Assembly (NCBI GenBank): GCA_964543385.1
Contig: CAZIYE010000001.1
Span: 639,274-671,273, forward strand
Direction: 5' to 3'
DNA from: an uncultured Candidatus Saccharibacteria bacterium
Lineage (GTDB): Bacteria > Patescibacteriota > UBA1384 > XYA2-FULL-43-10 > 1-14-0-10-43-13
DNA: 32,000 bases
Position 1 is the first letter of the stretch. Each line of letters begins with the position of its first letter. Shown here one piece after another: positions 1 to 7,379 of the stretch. The position numbers and the translations under genes are program-made. The notes below the pieces were generated by a model. That model did no database searches. It was not told the origin of the DNA and worked only from the letters and a program-made list of their open reading frames with translations.

Positions 1-1
1 C

Positions 2-1312
2 TTTGCTGACAGAATTTCCTCTTGGTTTGTACCGGTAGTTATTAGTTTGGCAATCATAACTTTAATAGTTTGGTTGCTATTAGGTGCAGGACTTCCTTTT
101 GCTCTGATGGCTTTTACCGCTGTTATTGTGATTGCTTGTCCTTGTGCACTTGGTCTTGCTACTCCGACTGCAATTATGGTCGGAACAGGTAAAGGCGCAG
201 AGCATGGTATTCTAATAAAGGGCGGTGAGCCGCTAGAGGCTGCCGAAAAAATTAAGGCAATAGTTTTTGATAAAACAGGCACTCTAACAAATGGTAAGCC
301 TGAGGTTACTAATATCTTATCTTCCTCTAGTACTGATGAAGACGACATACTCCAAATTTCCGCTTCCTTAGAAAAATCCTCAGAGCATCCTTTGGCTGAA
401 GCTATTTATAGTTATGCCAATGAAGAAGGAATTAAACTTGATGAAGTTACTGATTTCAAGGCAATCCCCGGTCATGGTGTCGAAGGCAAGATAAATGGTA
501 AAAAATATTTCTTTGGAAACCGAAGACTTGCTACAGATGTTGTTGGTCTAGATATTAGTAAGATCAATCGCAAGATGTCAAGAATCGAAGAAGATGGTAA
601 AACTGTAATGATTTTAACCTCTAAAAAAGAAATCCTAGGTTTGATAGGTGTAGCTGATACAGTCAAAGAGACTTCGAAAGAAGCTGTAGAAAAACTCAAA
701 AAGATGGGTATCGATGTTTGGATGATTACCGGTGATAATCAGCGAACTGCTAATGCAATCGCTAAGGAAGTTGGCATTACCAATATTCTTGCTGAAGTGC
801 TTCCTGAGGACAAAGCCAACGAAGTCAAAAAACTTCAGGAAAGTGGCAAAATTGTGGCAATGGTCGGAGATGGTATTAACGACGCCCCTGCTCTGGCTCA
901 AGCCGATCTTGGTATTGCTATGGGCTCTGGTACTGATGTAGCCATAGAAGCCGGTGGCATTGTTATTATTAAGAACGATCTAAGAGATGTGGTAAAAGCG
1001 ATTGAACTTTCCAGAGAAACTATGGGCAAAGTCCGCCAGAATATGTTTTTTGCTCTTTTTTATAATGTGATTAGTATTCCTATTGCCGCCAGAGTTTTTG
1101 TTGACTTGGGTCTTATATTAAAGCCTGAGCTAGCTGGTTTAGCCATGGCAATGAGCTCAATTTCTGTCGTCTCGAACTCGATATTGCTTAGAGGTTTCAG
1201 GCCTCATAAAAAAAACTGGCTCTCCACTATTGCTCCAATAATTATGACTTTCGTATTTACTATATTGTTTCTGTGGTTCGCTCGTCTTAGCTCTGAAATG
1301 TCAGGAAAATAG
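2..1312 (+). CDS. copA: P1B-type heavy-metal (Cu+-like) translocating P-type ATPase, C-terminal part; 5' end lies outside the window
   Basis: The frame is open from nt 2 (FADRISSWFVPVV...). Motifs: CPC in CPCALGLATP, DKTGT phosphorylation site, TGDN, GDGINDAP hinge. After the usual last TM (ISVVSNSILLRGF) there is an extra hydrophobic tail of about 35 aa. Confidence 0.9.
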   Translation, partial: FADRISSWFVPVVISLAIITLIVWLLLGAGLPFALMAFTAVIVIACPCALGLATPTAIMVGTGKGAEHGILIKGGEPLEAAEKIKAIVFDKTGTLTNGKPEVTNILSSSSTDEDDILQISASLEKSSEHPLAEAIYSYANEEGIKLDEVTDFKAIPGHGVEGKINGKKYFFGNRRLATDVVGLDISKINRKMSRIEEDGKTVMILTSKKEILGLIGVADTVKETSKEAVEKLKKMGIDVWMITGDNQRTANAIAKEVGITNILAEVLPEDKANEVKKLQESGKIVAMVGDGINDAPALAQADLGIAMGSGTDVAIEAGGIVIIKNDLRDVVKAIELSRETMGKVRQNMFFALFYNVISIPIAARVFVDLGLILKPELAGLAMAMSSISVVSNSILLRGFRPHKKNWLSTIAPIIMTFVFTILFLWFARLSSEMSGK

Positions 1313-1433
1313 GTAACCAACGCTTTTTTAGAATTGAAAGATTAGCCATGGTGATACCAACTTTTTCCGATAATTCCGTTACGCGCATTTTGCGCATAGC
1401 TAACATGATATCAACATTTATTATTATCGCCAT
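1287..1433 (-). pseudogene. Truncated small Cro/C1-type HTH regulator (YozG-like) remnant, 48 codons
   Basis: Below the ORF-track cutoff. The minus-strand ATG at 1433 follows ttaaGGAGaaaa. MAIIINVDIMLAMRKMRVTELSEKVGITMANLSILKK resembles, from memory, the N-terminal two-thirds of the YozG family. The expected GKAKAIRFSTLE...GDIL C-terminus is replaced by RWLPIFLTFQS-stop, encoded antisense to the copA 3' end. No other frame restores it. Confidence 0.5.
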
Positions 1434-1683
1434 TTTTCTCCTTAAACCGTCAATAGAGTGATTAGAGTTTAAATTTGAACACTAGTCAGTAAATGTATGC
1501 TAAGTATTTGTTATTCATCTCTGAATATGTTATTACAAAGTTAATCGGTTTTAATACTCCTGTCCTGCCCTTGGGGTACAATAAAAGGAATCCGATCTCG
1601 AAAATCAAGGGCCCCAAACTATTCATAATCCCTTATGGGAGGTCGGGTTGAATAGTCTATCAATCTAACATCTTTGGAGAGTT

Positions 1684-1887
1684 ATGGACGACAAAGAATT
1701 CAACAAAGCCTTCGATGAAGCTACAAAGAAGAAAATGCTTGAGGAGCCAGACATCTGGTGGAAACCACGAAGACACAGATGGGATGAATGGGGCTCGCCG
1801 GTAGGATTGTCTCTCGGTTGGACACTATTTATAGTTCCACTTGGCGTTTTCCTTTGGCTACTTCATCTTGCTGGACTCATAGGCTAG
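1684..1887 (+). CDS. Small hypothetical membrane protein (67 aa)
   Basis: GGAG lies 4 nt before the ATG. Charged N-terminus, then hydrophobic LSLGWTLFIVPLGVFLWLLHLAGLIG. A perfect terminator palindrome follows immediately. Confidence 0.6.
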   Translation: MDDKEFNKAFDEATKKKMLEEPDIWWKPRRHRWDEWGSPVGLSLGWTLFIVPLGVFLWLLHLAGLIG

Positions 1888-1893
1888 AAACAT

Positions 1894-1928
1894 AAAATCG
1901 TCCCGATATATATCGGGACGATTTTATT
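1894..1928 (+). terminator. Rho-independent terminator
   Basis: Perfect 32-nt palindrome aaaatcgtcccgatat/atatcgggacgatttt followed by T-rich sequence. Confidence 0.85.
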
Positions 1929-1952
1929 AGGTAGTGCTCCAGAATTATCAGT

Positions 1953-1981
1953 TTGACTTTTTTCTTATTATCTGTTATTAT
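1953..1981 (+). promoter_or_regulatory. sigma70-type promoter upstream of csp (TTGACT-N17-TATTAT)
   Basis: Hexamers and 17-nt spacing read directly. This leaves a leader of about 80 nt, as is usual for cold-shock genes. Confidence 0.5.
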
Positions 1982-2061
1982 CAAATAGAATAATTTTGGG
2001 AAAATAGTCGATTTTCTCGGATAGATTTAATTTGATAACAACATAAACAATCATAAACACT

Positions 2062-2259
2062 ATGACAGGTACAATCAAAAAATTGACAGACAAGGGCTTT
2101 GGCTTTATTACTTCTCCAGAGTTGGGAAAAGATTTATTTTTTCACAAAAACTCTTGTGTAGATAATTTTGACACTTTCGCCGAAGGAAACGAAGTTTCTT
2201 TTGAGTCGGAAGATTCTCCAAAAGGACTAAACGCAGTCAATGTTACATTGGTTAAATAA
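2062..2259 (+). CDS. Cold-shock domain protein (CspA family, 65 aa)
   Basis: RNP1-like KGFGFI and RNP2-like LFFH. Size and overall pattern are typical of the CSD family. Confidence 0.9.
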   Translation: MTGTIKKLTDKGFGFITSPELGKDLFFHKNSCVDNFDTFAEGNEVSFESEDSPKGLNAVNVTLVK

Positions 2260-2277
2260 CCGATATCCATTGTCCAA

Positions 2278-2312
2278 AAAAAACTCCTAGCATAAAAACT
2301 AGGAGTTTTTTG
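2278..2312. terminator. Rho-independent terminator after csp
   Basis: aaaaaactcctag / ctaggagtttttt stem flanked by an A-run and a T-run. Confidence 0.85.
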
Positions 2313-2333
2313 TATTGGATAAGTAATATTAAT

Positions 2334-2365
2334 TGGCTCTACACAACGGCCGAAGTTCGAGTTAT
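2334..2365. repeat. Copy D of the 32-nt motif TGGCTCT-N11-GAAGTTCGAG-TTAT
   Basis: Same 7+11+10+4 architecture as 4730-4761 and 5834-5865. It also sits just downstream of a terminator hairpin. Confidence 0.5.
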
Positions 2366-2403
2366 AATTAGTTGAATGCAATGAGATAGACAAAATAGAA
2401 ACT

Positions 2404-3393
2404 ATGAATAAAAAAAATTTTAGCAAGGGAGTAGAAGGACTTGTCGATCCAATAACTGTTGGGTCGCTTCATTTTATCCAACCGTTTAATCAGTTGTTGC
2501 CAAAGAAAATTCAGAAAAAAGTTGTTCAATCATCATCAAAAAAGACCTCCTATATGGGATTTGTAGTCGAACCATATAGCTTTTTTCTGTTTTACGAAAT
2601 TTCTGATTTAGAAAAAGCCACAAATTTATTGCCTGATGGTTTCAAAATGATAAAAACAAAAGTATTTGAGGAAGATGAGCCTAAATATTATTGCGTTTTT
2701 GGCTGTTTTCGGGCTCATACCAGTGCATTTTGGGGTGTGAGAGCAGAATTTTACATTATTGCAGAAGATAAGCAAACTGGATTACTGAGCTGGATAATAG
2801 TTGACTATGATACTAATACTATTAGTTATGACAGCGGGAATGGATTGCGCTCGCCCAATAGCAGCCGTGCCGTTGTAACAATTAATCATCGCGGAATGCT
2901 TTTTGTTGATATTAAAAGAGACGACGATAACAGAGAGCTGGTTTGCGACGCAAATATCGAAAAAGGTGAGATGACGAAGCTTGACCAAAGGTTGTGGCTG
3001 GAGGGAAATCTCTCGATTGGATATGGTCGTGTTTTGTCAGAAAATGATGCCGATATTTTTTCTCTTAAGTTTGAGCCACTTGAGGTTGAGAAAGCGTTGA
3101 AAATCCCAACTGATAGTTTGGAGATCGAATCGAATACTTGGTATCCTGGATTATTTAAATCATTACCCTCGCAGATAGTTTGCTTTCCTTATGCACAGCA
3201 TTTCGTTTCTGATAGTCCGGGGCATTCCAGTAATCTTAAAAACAGAGACGAACTAATCGCAGCTGAGGAGAATATAGATTTCTCTAAGTTAGAAGTTTTC
3301 TCTACCAAGTCATTCAAGGTAATGTTTATAGTCGGATCGATAGTATCTTTTCTTGTCACCATGACTTTTTTCCTTCTCTGGTTGCTCAAATAA
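2404..3393 (+). CDS. Hypothetical protein with C-terminal TM anchor (329 aa); possible acetoacetate-decarboxylase-like/DUF2071-like fold
   Basis: Long ORF with C-terminal hydrophobic FKVMFIVGSIVSFLVTMTFFLLWLL. The stretch LLPDGFKM...YYCVFGCFRAHTSAFWGVRAEFYIIAED recalls ADC-like/DUF2071 proteins; that fold call is weak. Confidence 0.55.
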   Translation: MNKKNFSKGVEGLVDPITVGSLHFIQPFNQLLPKKIQKKVVQSSSKKTSYMGFVVEPYSFFLFYEISDLEKATNLLPDGFKMIKTKVFEEDEPKYYCVFGCFRAHTSAFWGVRAEFYIIAEDKQTGLLSWIIVDYDTNTISYDSGNGLRSPNSSRAVVTINHRGMLFVDIKRDDDNRELVCDANIEKGEMTKLDQRLWLEGNLSIGYGRVLSENDADIFSLKFEPLEVEKALKIPTDSLEIESNTWYPGLFKSLPSQIVCFPYAQHFVSDSPGHSSNLKNRDELIAAEENIDFSKLEVFSTKSFKVMFIVGSIVSFLVTMTFFLLWLLK

Positions 3394-3622
3394 TTTGGCC
3401 AGTGTTTGGACCAAAAAAGGCCATCTGGGGATCAGTATTTTTATGTCTCTACACCGTGTTAGAAGTTGGAACTAGTTCTCAGCTGGCAATCGAATGAATA
3501 TCAACTAAAAGGCTTAAAAGTGAGAATAATAGTATTAAATATCAGCAAAATCTCAGTCTGTTTTTTTTGCATATTCGTGTTAGCATGTTGTTATGATATT
3601 AGGAAATTAAAAGGAGTCGAAA

Positions 3623-4546
3623 ATGGAATTGACAAGTTCAACTATTGAACCAAAAAAGAACTCAGGTCTCATCAAAATGATCATTCTTATCGCAGCCGGA
3701 GTTTTGGTCTTGGGGAGTGTTTCATCCGTCGGTGCAGCGTATTATCAGTCTAATAAATTGATAAAAGAAGGGGATTCATTTAAAAATAATGGTGAATATT
3801 CTGCGGCCGCATCCAAATATGATCAAGCCATCAAAAAATGGAAAATGAATGAGTCTAAGGTCTCCACAAAAGTTGATGAGACAAAAACATTAATAAGCGA
3901 ACAGGAAAAATATGACTTGGGTGAGATTGCATACCAAAGACAAGATTGGCAAAATTGTAGCGATGAACTAAAGAAAGTATCCCCAGTTCACAAGAATTAT
4001 AGTTCAGCTCTTTCTCACTCGCAAATCTGTCAGCAAAAGATGCAAGAAGAAGTCGATTTAGCTGCTAAAACCAAAGCAGATTTGGATGCTAAAACTGCCA
4101 CCGACGCACAAATTGCTGCTGATGCTAAAGCCAAAGCTGATACTGCAGCCGCTAAAAAAGTCGCTGAAGCGAAAGCCAAGGCTGCTGAAGACGCCATAAT
4201 TCCAACTCCGATCGATATTGTCATCACGGCGCTCGACAGTGACAATAATAATAAGGTTATGGGCATTTACGAAGCACCAGCTGGTACCCCTGGTGCTGTC
4301 TATAATGGATATTACGAATTTGGTATCCCATTAAATAAATTTAAACTTACATACCCTTCTGTTTCTGGAGCGGTATCAGCCAGAGGTATTTTAGAAGAAG
4401 GTGCATCCACAATCACTGATTTGGGTGATCTAAATTTGCAATTTAACGATGCTAAAATCGGTCTTAATGTTATCAGAGTTGAGGTTTTAAATTCAAAAGG
4501 CCAAATTATTGCTACTGGTAAAACAAGAATTGTTCGATATCCATAA
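3623..4546 (+). CDS. N-terminally anchored hypothetical protein with Ala/Lys-rich low-complexity linker (307 aa)
   Basis: AAGGAG lies 6 nt before the ATG. TM IKMIILIAAGVLVLGSVSSVGAAYY, then an AKTKADLDAKTATDAQIAADAKAKADTAAAKK linker and a C-terminal beta-rich domain. Confidence 0.7.
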   Translation: MELTSSTIEPKKNSGLIKMIILIAAGVLVLGSVSSVGAAYYQSNKLIKEGDSFKNNGEYSAAASKYDQAIKKWKMNESKVSTKVDETKTLISEQEKYDLGEIAYQRQDWQNCSDELKKVSPVHKNYSSALSHSQICQQKMQEEVDLAAKTKADLDAKTATDAQIAADAKAKADTAAAKKVAEAKAKAAEDAIIPTPIDIVITALDSDNNNKVMGIYEAPAGTPGAVYNGYYEFGIPLNKFKLTYPSVSGAVSARGILEEGASTITDLGDLNLQFNDAKIGLNVIRVEVLNSKGQIIATGKTRIVRYP

Positions 4547-4667
4547 GCGACTCATTGACGAATCACTTATCGGTATAATTGCTTTTTGTAATCTTATACC
4601 TGAAATTTTGATATAGCATTTTAAAATATTTCGCATACAGTTAGTTGCAGAAAACCCTAATTAATAT

Positions 4668-4761
4668 ATGTTCAAGTCCGTTGATCCATACAAAAAATAA
4701 AATAACTAGTCCTAGACTAGTTATTTCTATGGATCTGTGTAGTTGCAGAAGTTCGAGCTAT
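4668..4761. repeat. Module A: T-arm-like motif (GTTCAAGTCC) + terminator hairpin (4700-4726) + TGGATCT-N11-GAAGTTCGAG-CTAT
   Basis: Hairpin aaataactagtc-cta-gactagttattt is nearly identical to those at 5803-5831 and 6345-6375. An 11-nt direct repeat TAGTTGCAGAA (4642-4652 and 4740-4750) brackets the left part. Confidence 0.7.
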
Positions 4762-4823
4762 TTCTTGAGTATCGCAACTTTACCATATCTCAAATTGTGA
4801 GTTCCTGACAGGACCACTTCCAA

Positions 4824-5702
4824 TCACACATGAGGTGTTTCTTTTATCTCTGAATAAGACAATGTCTCTGGCCAAATCATATTTCCGTCCAAATCATAGA
4901 CAGGTAGGCATTTTTCTGGACTTACTGTCGCTAAATGTTTCATGGTGTCAATTACTTCATTAACAGTTAAATCACTGCGAACATCTACGACAATACCCTT
5001 AAATTTCCCTTGACTAATCCTGAACGGAGTCGAAAAACCCGTTCCTTGATCTGTTTGATGATTGGAGTTGCTTTGCGGATCGAATCCGTTTTTGAGCTTC
5101 TGAAAATAATATGATGATTTCCCTCTGTCTGACTCTGAAGAAAAAGTGTTCATTACTTTAAAATCTGGCCTGCCAACTTCTTTAATACCGCTTAATGTTC
5201 CTGGCGGCAACTCCCTGTGTTTGCTTATATCCAAAATTAGAGTGGCAGTATAATTTGCCATGTGTGTCTGTTTTATTTGCAAAGGCCCTTTTATGCCAGA
5301 TATTCTTCCAACAATATTAAACCAAACTCGGTTTCCGGGGATATCCCATTCTCTGGCACTTTTAGCCCAACCTGTAGCAAGGGCTTCTCTTCTTAATTCA
5401 AACGATGGATTGTTCTTCATTCTTTCTGGGGTACCCTTATTGCCCAATAGACCCATGTTTAAAATTTCCTGAAGCCTATCTCTTTCGACACCGTTACGAA
5501 TTGAAGTAAAAGCAGTCCCGTACTCATCTATATCGCATAGTTTTGACATAATCAAATCTTTGACTTCAGGACTCAGATTCAATTCTGGATTGACGGCATT
5601 ATCCTCTTGGTTAGACTCGGTAGATAGTTTTGAAGCCTCCATGCGTTGCATTTCAGCCAAGGCTTCTGGCGGCAAATAACTTAATTCTTCATCCATTTGC
5701 AT
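4824..5702 (-). CDS. Hypothetical protein (292 aa), no recognisable motif
   Basis: Long uninterrupted ORF between repeat modules A and B. No family recognised from the sequence. Confidence 0.6.
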   Translation of the reverse strand: MQMDEELSYLPPEALAEMQRMEASKLSTESNQEDNAVNPELNLSPEVKDLIMSKLCDIDEYGTAFTSIRNGVERDRLQEILNMGLLGNKGTPERMKNNPSFELRREALATGWAKSAREWDIPGNRVWFNIVGRISGIKGPLQIKQTHMANYTATLILDISKHRELPPGTLSGIKEVGRPDFKVMNTFSSESDRGKSSYYFQKLKNGFDPQSNSNHQTDQGTGFSTPFRISQGKFKGIVVDVRSDLTVNEVIDTMKHLATVSPEKCLPVYDLDGNMIWPETLSYSEIKETPHV

Positions 5703-5774
5703 ACCTAATTTATTTACAAATTTGTATTATCTTATTCAAAGAATTCTGGCCAAATATTACCACAATTACACAGT

Positions 5775-5865
5775 CAGTTCGAGTCCAAAGTGGAGGAAAC
5801 AAAAAATAACTAGTCCTAGACTAGTTATTTTCATGGCTCTGCACAGTGAACGAAGTTCGAGCTAT
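5775..5865. repeat. Module B: CAGTTCGAGTCCA + terminator hairpin (5803-5831) + TGGCTCT-N11-GAAGTTCGAG-CTAT
   Basis: The 13-mer CAGTTCGAGTCCA is identical to 6318-6330 and lies at the same 24-nt offset from ACAAAAAATAACTAGTC. The right end contains the NUDIX stop codon. Confidence 0.7.
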
Positions 5866-6272
5866 TGTAGCTTGATTTTTCTATCCAATACCATTTCAAA
5901 GAAAGTTTTGGTGGCTGTTTTCAATGGGAGATCCATTATTTCTTTTAGTGAGAACCAACCGAATGATGATGCTTCGTTCTTATCTAAAACAACTTTTTCA
6001 TCTTTAATTAACTCTGCTTGCCAAAATGAGAGACTTTTTACTTTATAGTCTGCAGGAAGGGTGATTAGTTTGTTCAAAGATTTTACTCTTAGTCGTGTCT
6101 CTTCAAAGACTTCTCTTTCAACTGATTCTGTTTCATCTTTGTCTAGTGAATTTATCCTTCCGTGGGGAGGAGACCACAATCCAGTCGATGGCTTTCGATT
6201 ATCCTCTAAAAGCAATATTTTGTTGTCAGGGTTCTTGATGATTACTACAACTCCATGTTCTGTTGAATCCAT
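5862..6272 (-). CDS. NUDIX hydrolase (136 aa)
   Basis: Nudix-box-like GRINSLDKDETESVEREVFEETRLRV. AAGGAG lies upstream of the ATG. Confidence 0.8.
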   Translation of the reverse strand: MDSTEHGVVVIIKNPDNKILLLEDNRKPSTGLWSPPHGRINSLDKDETESVEREVFEETRLRVKSLNKLITLPADYKVKSLSFWQAELIKDEKVVLDKNEASSFGWFSLKEIMDLPLKTATKTFFEMVLDRKIKLQ

Positions 6273-6317
6273 TATCTCCTTTACATTAATAAATTAATCT
6301 TATCAATTTAGGGCGAC

Positions 6318-6377
6318 CAGTTCGAGTCCAGTCTGATTTATACAAAAAATAACTAGTCTAGGACTAATTATTTTTAT
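6318..6377. repeat. Module C: CAGTTCGAGTCCA + terminator hairpin (6345-6375) abutting the 3' end of tRNA-Asn
   Basis: Same left flank and hairpin arms as A and B. The loop is inverted (TAG versus CTA) and there is one arm mismatch. The right flank is the genuine tRNA-Asn CCA end. Confidence 0.7.
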
Positions 6378-6452
6378 TGGCTCCCTGAGCTGGACTCGAA
6401 CCAGCAACATCTTCGTTAACAGCGAAGCGCTCTGCCATTGAGCTATCAGGGA
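6378..6452 (-). tRNA. tRNA-Asn (anticodon GTT), CCA encoded
   Basis: Hand fold of the reverse complement: acceptor TCCCTGA/TCAGGGA, D-loop CAATGGCA, anticodon stem CTTCG/CGAAG with loop CTGTTAA, T-arm GCTGG-TTCGAGT-CCAGC, discriminator G, CCA. 75 nt. Confidence 0.9.
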
Positions 6453-6769
6453 ATAAATTGTTATTTTTCAAACAATGTTTTGATAAAATTTCTGCCAGCG
6501 TGGGATTTTAAATATTTTTCTCTTCCCAACGCTTCTTTTCTATTATCAAATCTTTCAGTATAAAAAATTTTCCATGGCTTGTATTTTCTGCTGAAATGAT
6601 TCGATCCAGAATTGTGTTCAAGTAATCTTTTTTCAAGGTTATCAGTTACTCCAGTATAAGTCTTTGGCGATTTTTCACTGATTAGAATATAGATATAACT
6701 ATCTGCCATTGCCCGTCCTTGCTGATTAATCAGCCAAGGCCGAGGTCTCGGCTCGCTTCGCGAGTCGGA
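6453..6769 (-). mobile_element. Putative ~320-nt GIY-YIG mini-insertion in the tRNA-Asn 5' region
   Basis: Bounded by the direct 12-nt repeat TCCCTGATAGCT (tRNA nt 1-12). Carries its own structured leader/SD and the nuclease ORF. Mobility is inferred, not shown. Confidence 0.4.
6461..6709 (-). CDS. Small GIY-YIG nuclease superfamily protein (UPF0213/YhbQ-like, 82 aa)
   Basis: YIYILISEKSPKTYTGVTDNLEKRLLEHNSG...PWKIFYTERFDNRKEALGREKYLK fits the GIY-YIG pattern. AAGGA lies 6 nt upstream of the ATG. The stop is 8 nt before tRNA-Asn. Confidence 0.85.
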   Translation of the reverse strand: MADSYIYILISEKSPKTYTGVTDNLEKRLLEHNSGSNHFSRKYKPWKIFYTERFDNRKEALGREKYLKSHAGRNFIKTLFEK

Positions 6770-6781
6770 AGCTATCAGGGA
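6702..6781 (-). repeat. Split duplicate of tRNA-Asn nt 1-12 (6781->6770) and nt 13-22 (6711->6702), separated by a 58-nt GC-rich triple-hairpin insert (6712-6769)
   Basis: AGCTATCAGGGA occurs at 6770-6781 and 6441-6452; TCTGCCATTG occurs at 6702-6711 and 6431-6440. Insert hairpins: ctcgc-ttc-gcgag, gccgag-gt-ctcggc, ccttg(c)tgatt/aatcag(c)caagg. Confidence 0.8.
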
Positions 6782-6802
6782 AAATGTATTTTTCTAATAG
6801 CA

Positions 6803-6831
6803 ATTCTAGCAAAAAAAATGACTTCTGTAAA
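6803..6831 (-). promoter_or_regulatory. sigma70-type promoter TTTACA-N17-TAGAAT upstream of the displaced tRNA 5' fragment
   Basis: Read on the minus strand: tttaca-gaagtcattttttttgc-tagaat, about 20 nt upstream of TCCCTGATAGCT. It would drive fragment + GIY-YIG + tRNA-Asn as one transcript. Confidence 0.5.
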
Positions 6832-6843
6832 TAAACCTATCTA

Positions 6844-6939
6844 CTAGGATGAATAAGCTAGGAGTATGGCAGATATAAACATGTCATACCAGTTGACTCT
6901 TTTGCGGTCAGAGAGATGGTTTGCCTCAAAAGCATTCAT
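6844..6939 (-). CDS. Candidate 31-aa small protein (MNAFEANHLSDRKRVNWYDMFISAILLAYSS)
   Basis: Strong SD (gaAAGGAGtaagATG). Very short, with no homology recognisable by eye. Confidence 0.3.
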   Translation of the reverse strand: MNAFEANHLSDRKRVNWYDMFISAILLAYSS

Positions 6940-7031
6940 CTTACTCCTTTCTTCGGTAATGACTTTGGAGACCTATTTTACCTCTTGGTCAATAGATGTC
7001 AAGAAAAATATATAGATATTACATCTCTCTA

Positions 7032-7080
7032 TTGACATACAATCCATCTAGGATTATAGTTCAAATGTTATTGAACTATA
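7032..7080 (+). promoter_or_regulatory. Promoter TTGACA-N17-TATAGT overlapping a 10-6-10 inverted repeat (TATAGTTCAA-atgtta-TTGAACTATA), probable ArsR-family operator
   Basis: Hexamers at 7032-7037 and 7055-7060. The perfect inverted repeat at 7055-7080 starts in the -10 element, 18 nt before the arsR-like ATG. Confidence 0.65.
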
Positions 7081-7098
7081 AATATTATAGTAGATATT

Positions 7099-7371
7099 AT
7101 GAATAATAAAATAGAAGAATTATCTTTTTTGATAAACGAAAACAAGCTAAGAGTTATCTCGGCAATCTACAAATGTACTAAGGATGTCTGCGCTTGCAAT
7201 TTAGTTGATAATCTTGGCATGCCTAAGAACCTTCTTTCGTATCACATAAAAACTTTGAGAGAAGCAGGATTTATAGAAGAGGTTAAATGTGGTCGTTTTA
7301 AAAATTATTGCATATCGAAAAATAAAATTAATAGAATCAAACAAATCTTAGAATTAGTTGAAATGTTATAA
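7099..7371 (+). CDS. ArsR/SmtB-family metalloregulator (90 aa)
   Basis: Winged-HTH pattern NLLSYHIKTLREAGFIEEVKCGRFKNY. A CxC pair in DVCACNLVD lies at the position of the ArsR ELCVCDL metal site. Confidence 0.8.
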   Translation: MNNKIEELSFLINENKLRVISAIYKCTKDVCACNLVDNLGMPKNLLSYHIKTLREAGFIEEVKCGRFKNYCISKNKINRIKQILELVEML

Positions 7372-7379
7372 GGAGGTCA

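Noticed and set aside
1567-1645. GC-richer structured leader upstream of the 67-aa ORF (GCCCTTG at 1567 pairs with CAAGGGC at 1606; CCC-ttat-GGG at 1630)
   Set aside because: I could not match it to any riboswitch consensus I know, and the pairings are short. It may merit a cmscan, but there is no positive evidence.
5722-6297. Plus-strand track ORFs 5722-6048 and 6061-6297
   Set aside because: They are antisense to the NUDIX gene, which has a clear Nudix box. They also cross repeat module B and have no SD.
4668-6330. Complete plus-strand tRNA genes ending at the T-arm-like motifs (4670, 5775, 6318)
   Set aside because: The 5' half of the T-stem and the acceptor partners are not complementary in any of the three, and no D-arm or anticodon arm can be drawn upstream.
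4700-6375. Integron attC sites or a gene-cassette array
   Set aside because: The hairpins are perfect terminator-like palindromes without the R''/R' (RYYYAAC/GTTRRRY) cores or extrahelical bases of attC. No intI gene or attI is in the window. I keep only the neutral description of a cassette bounded by a repeat.
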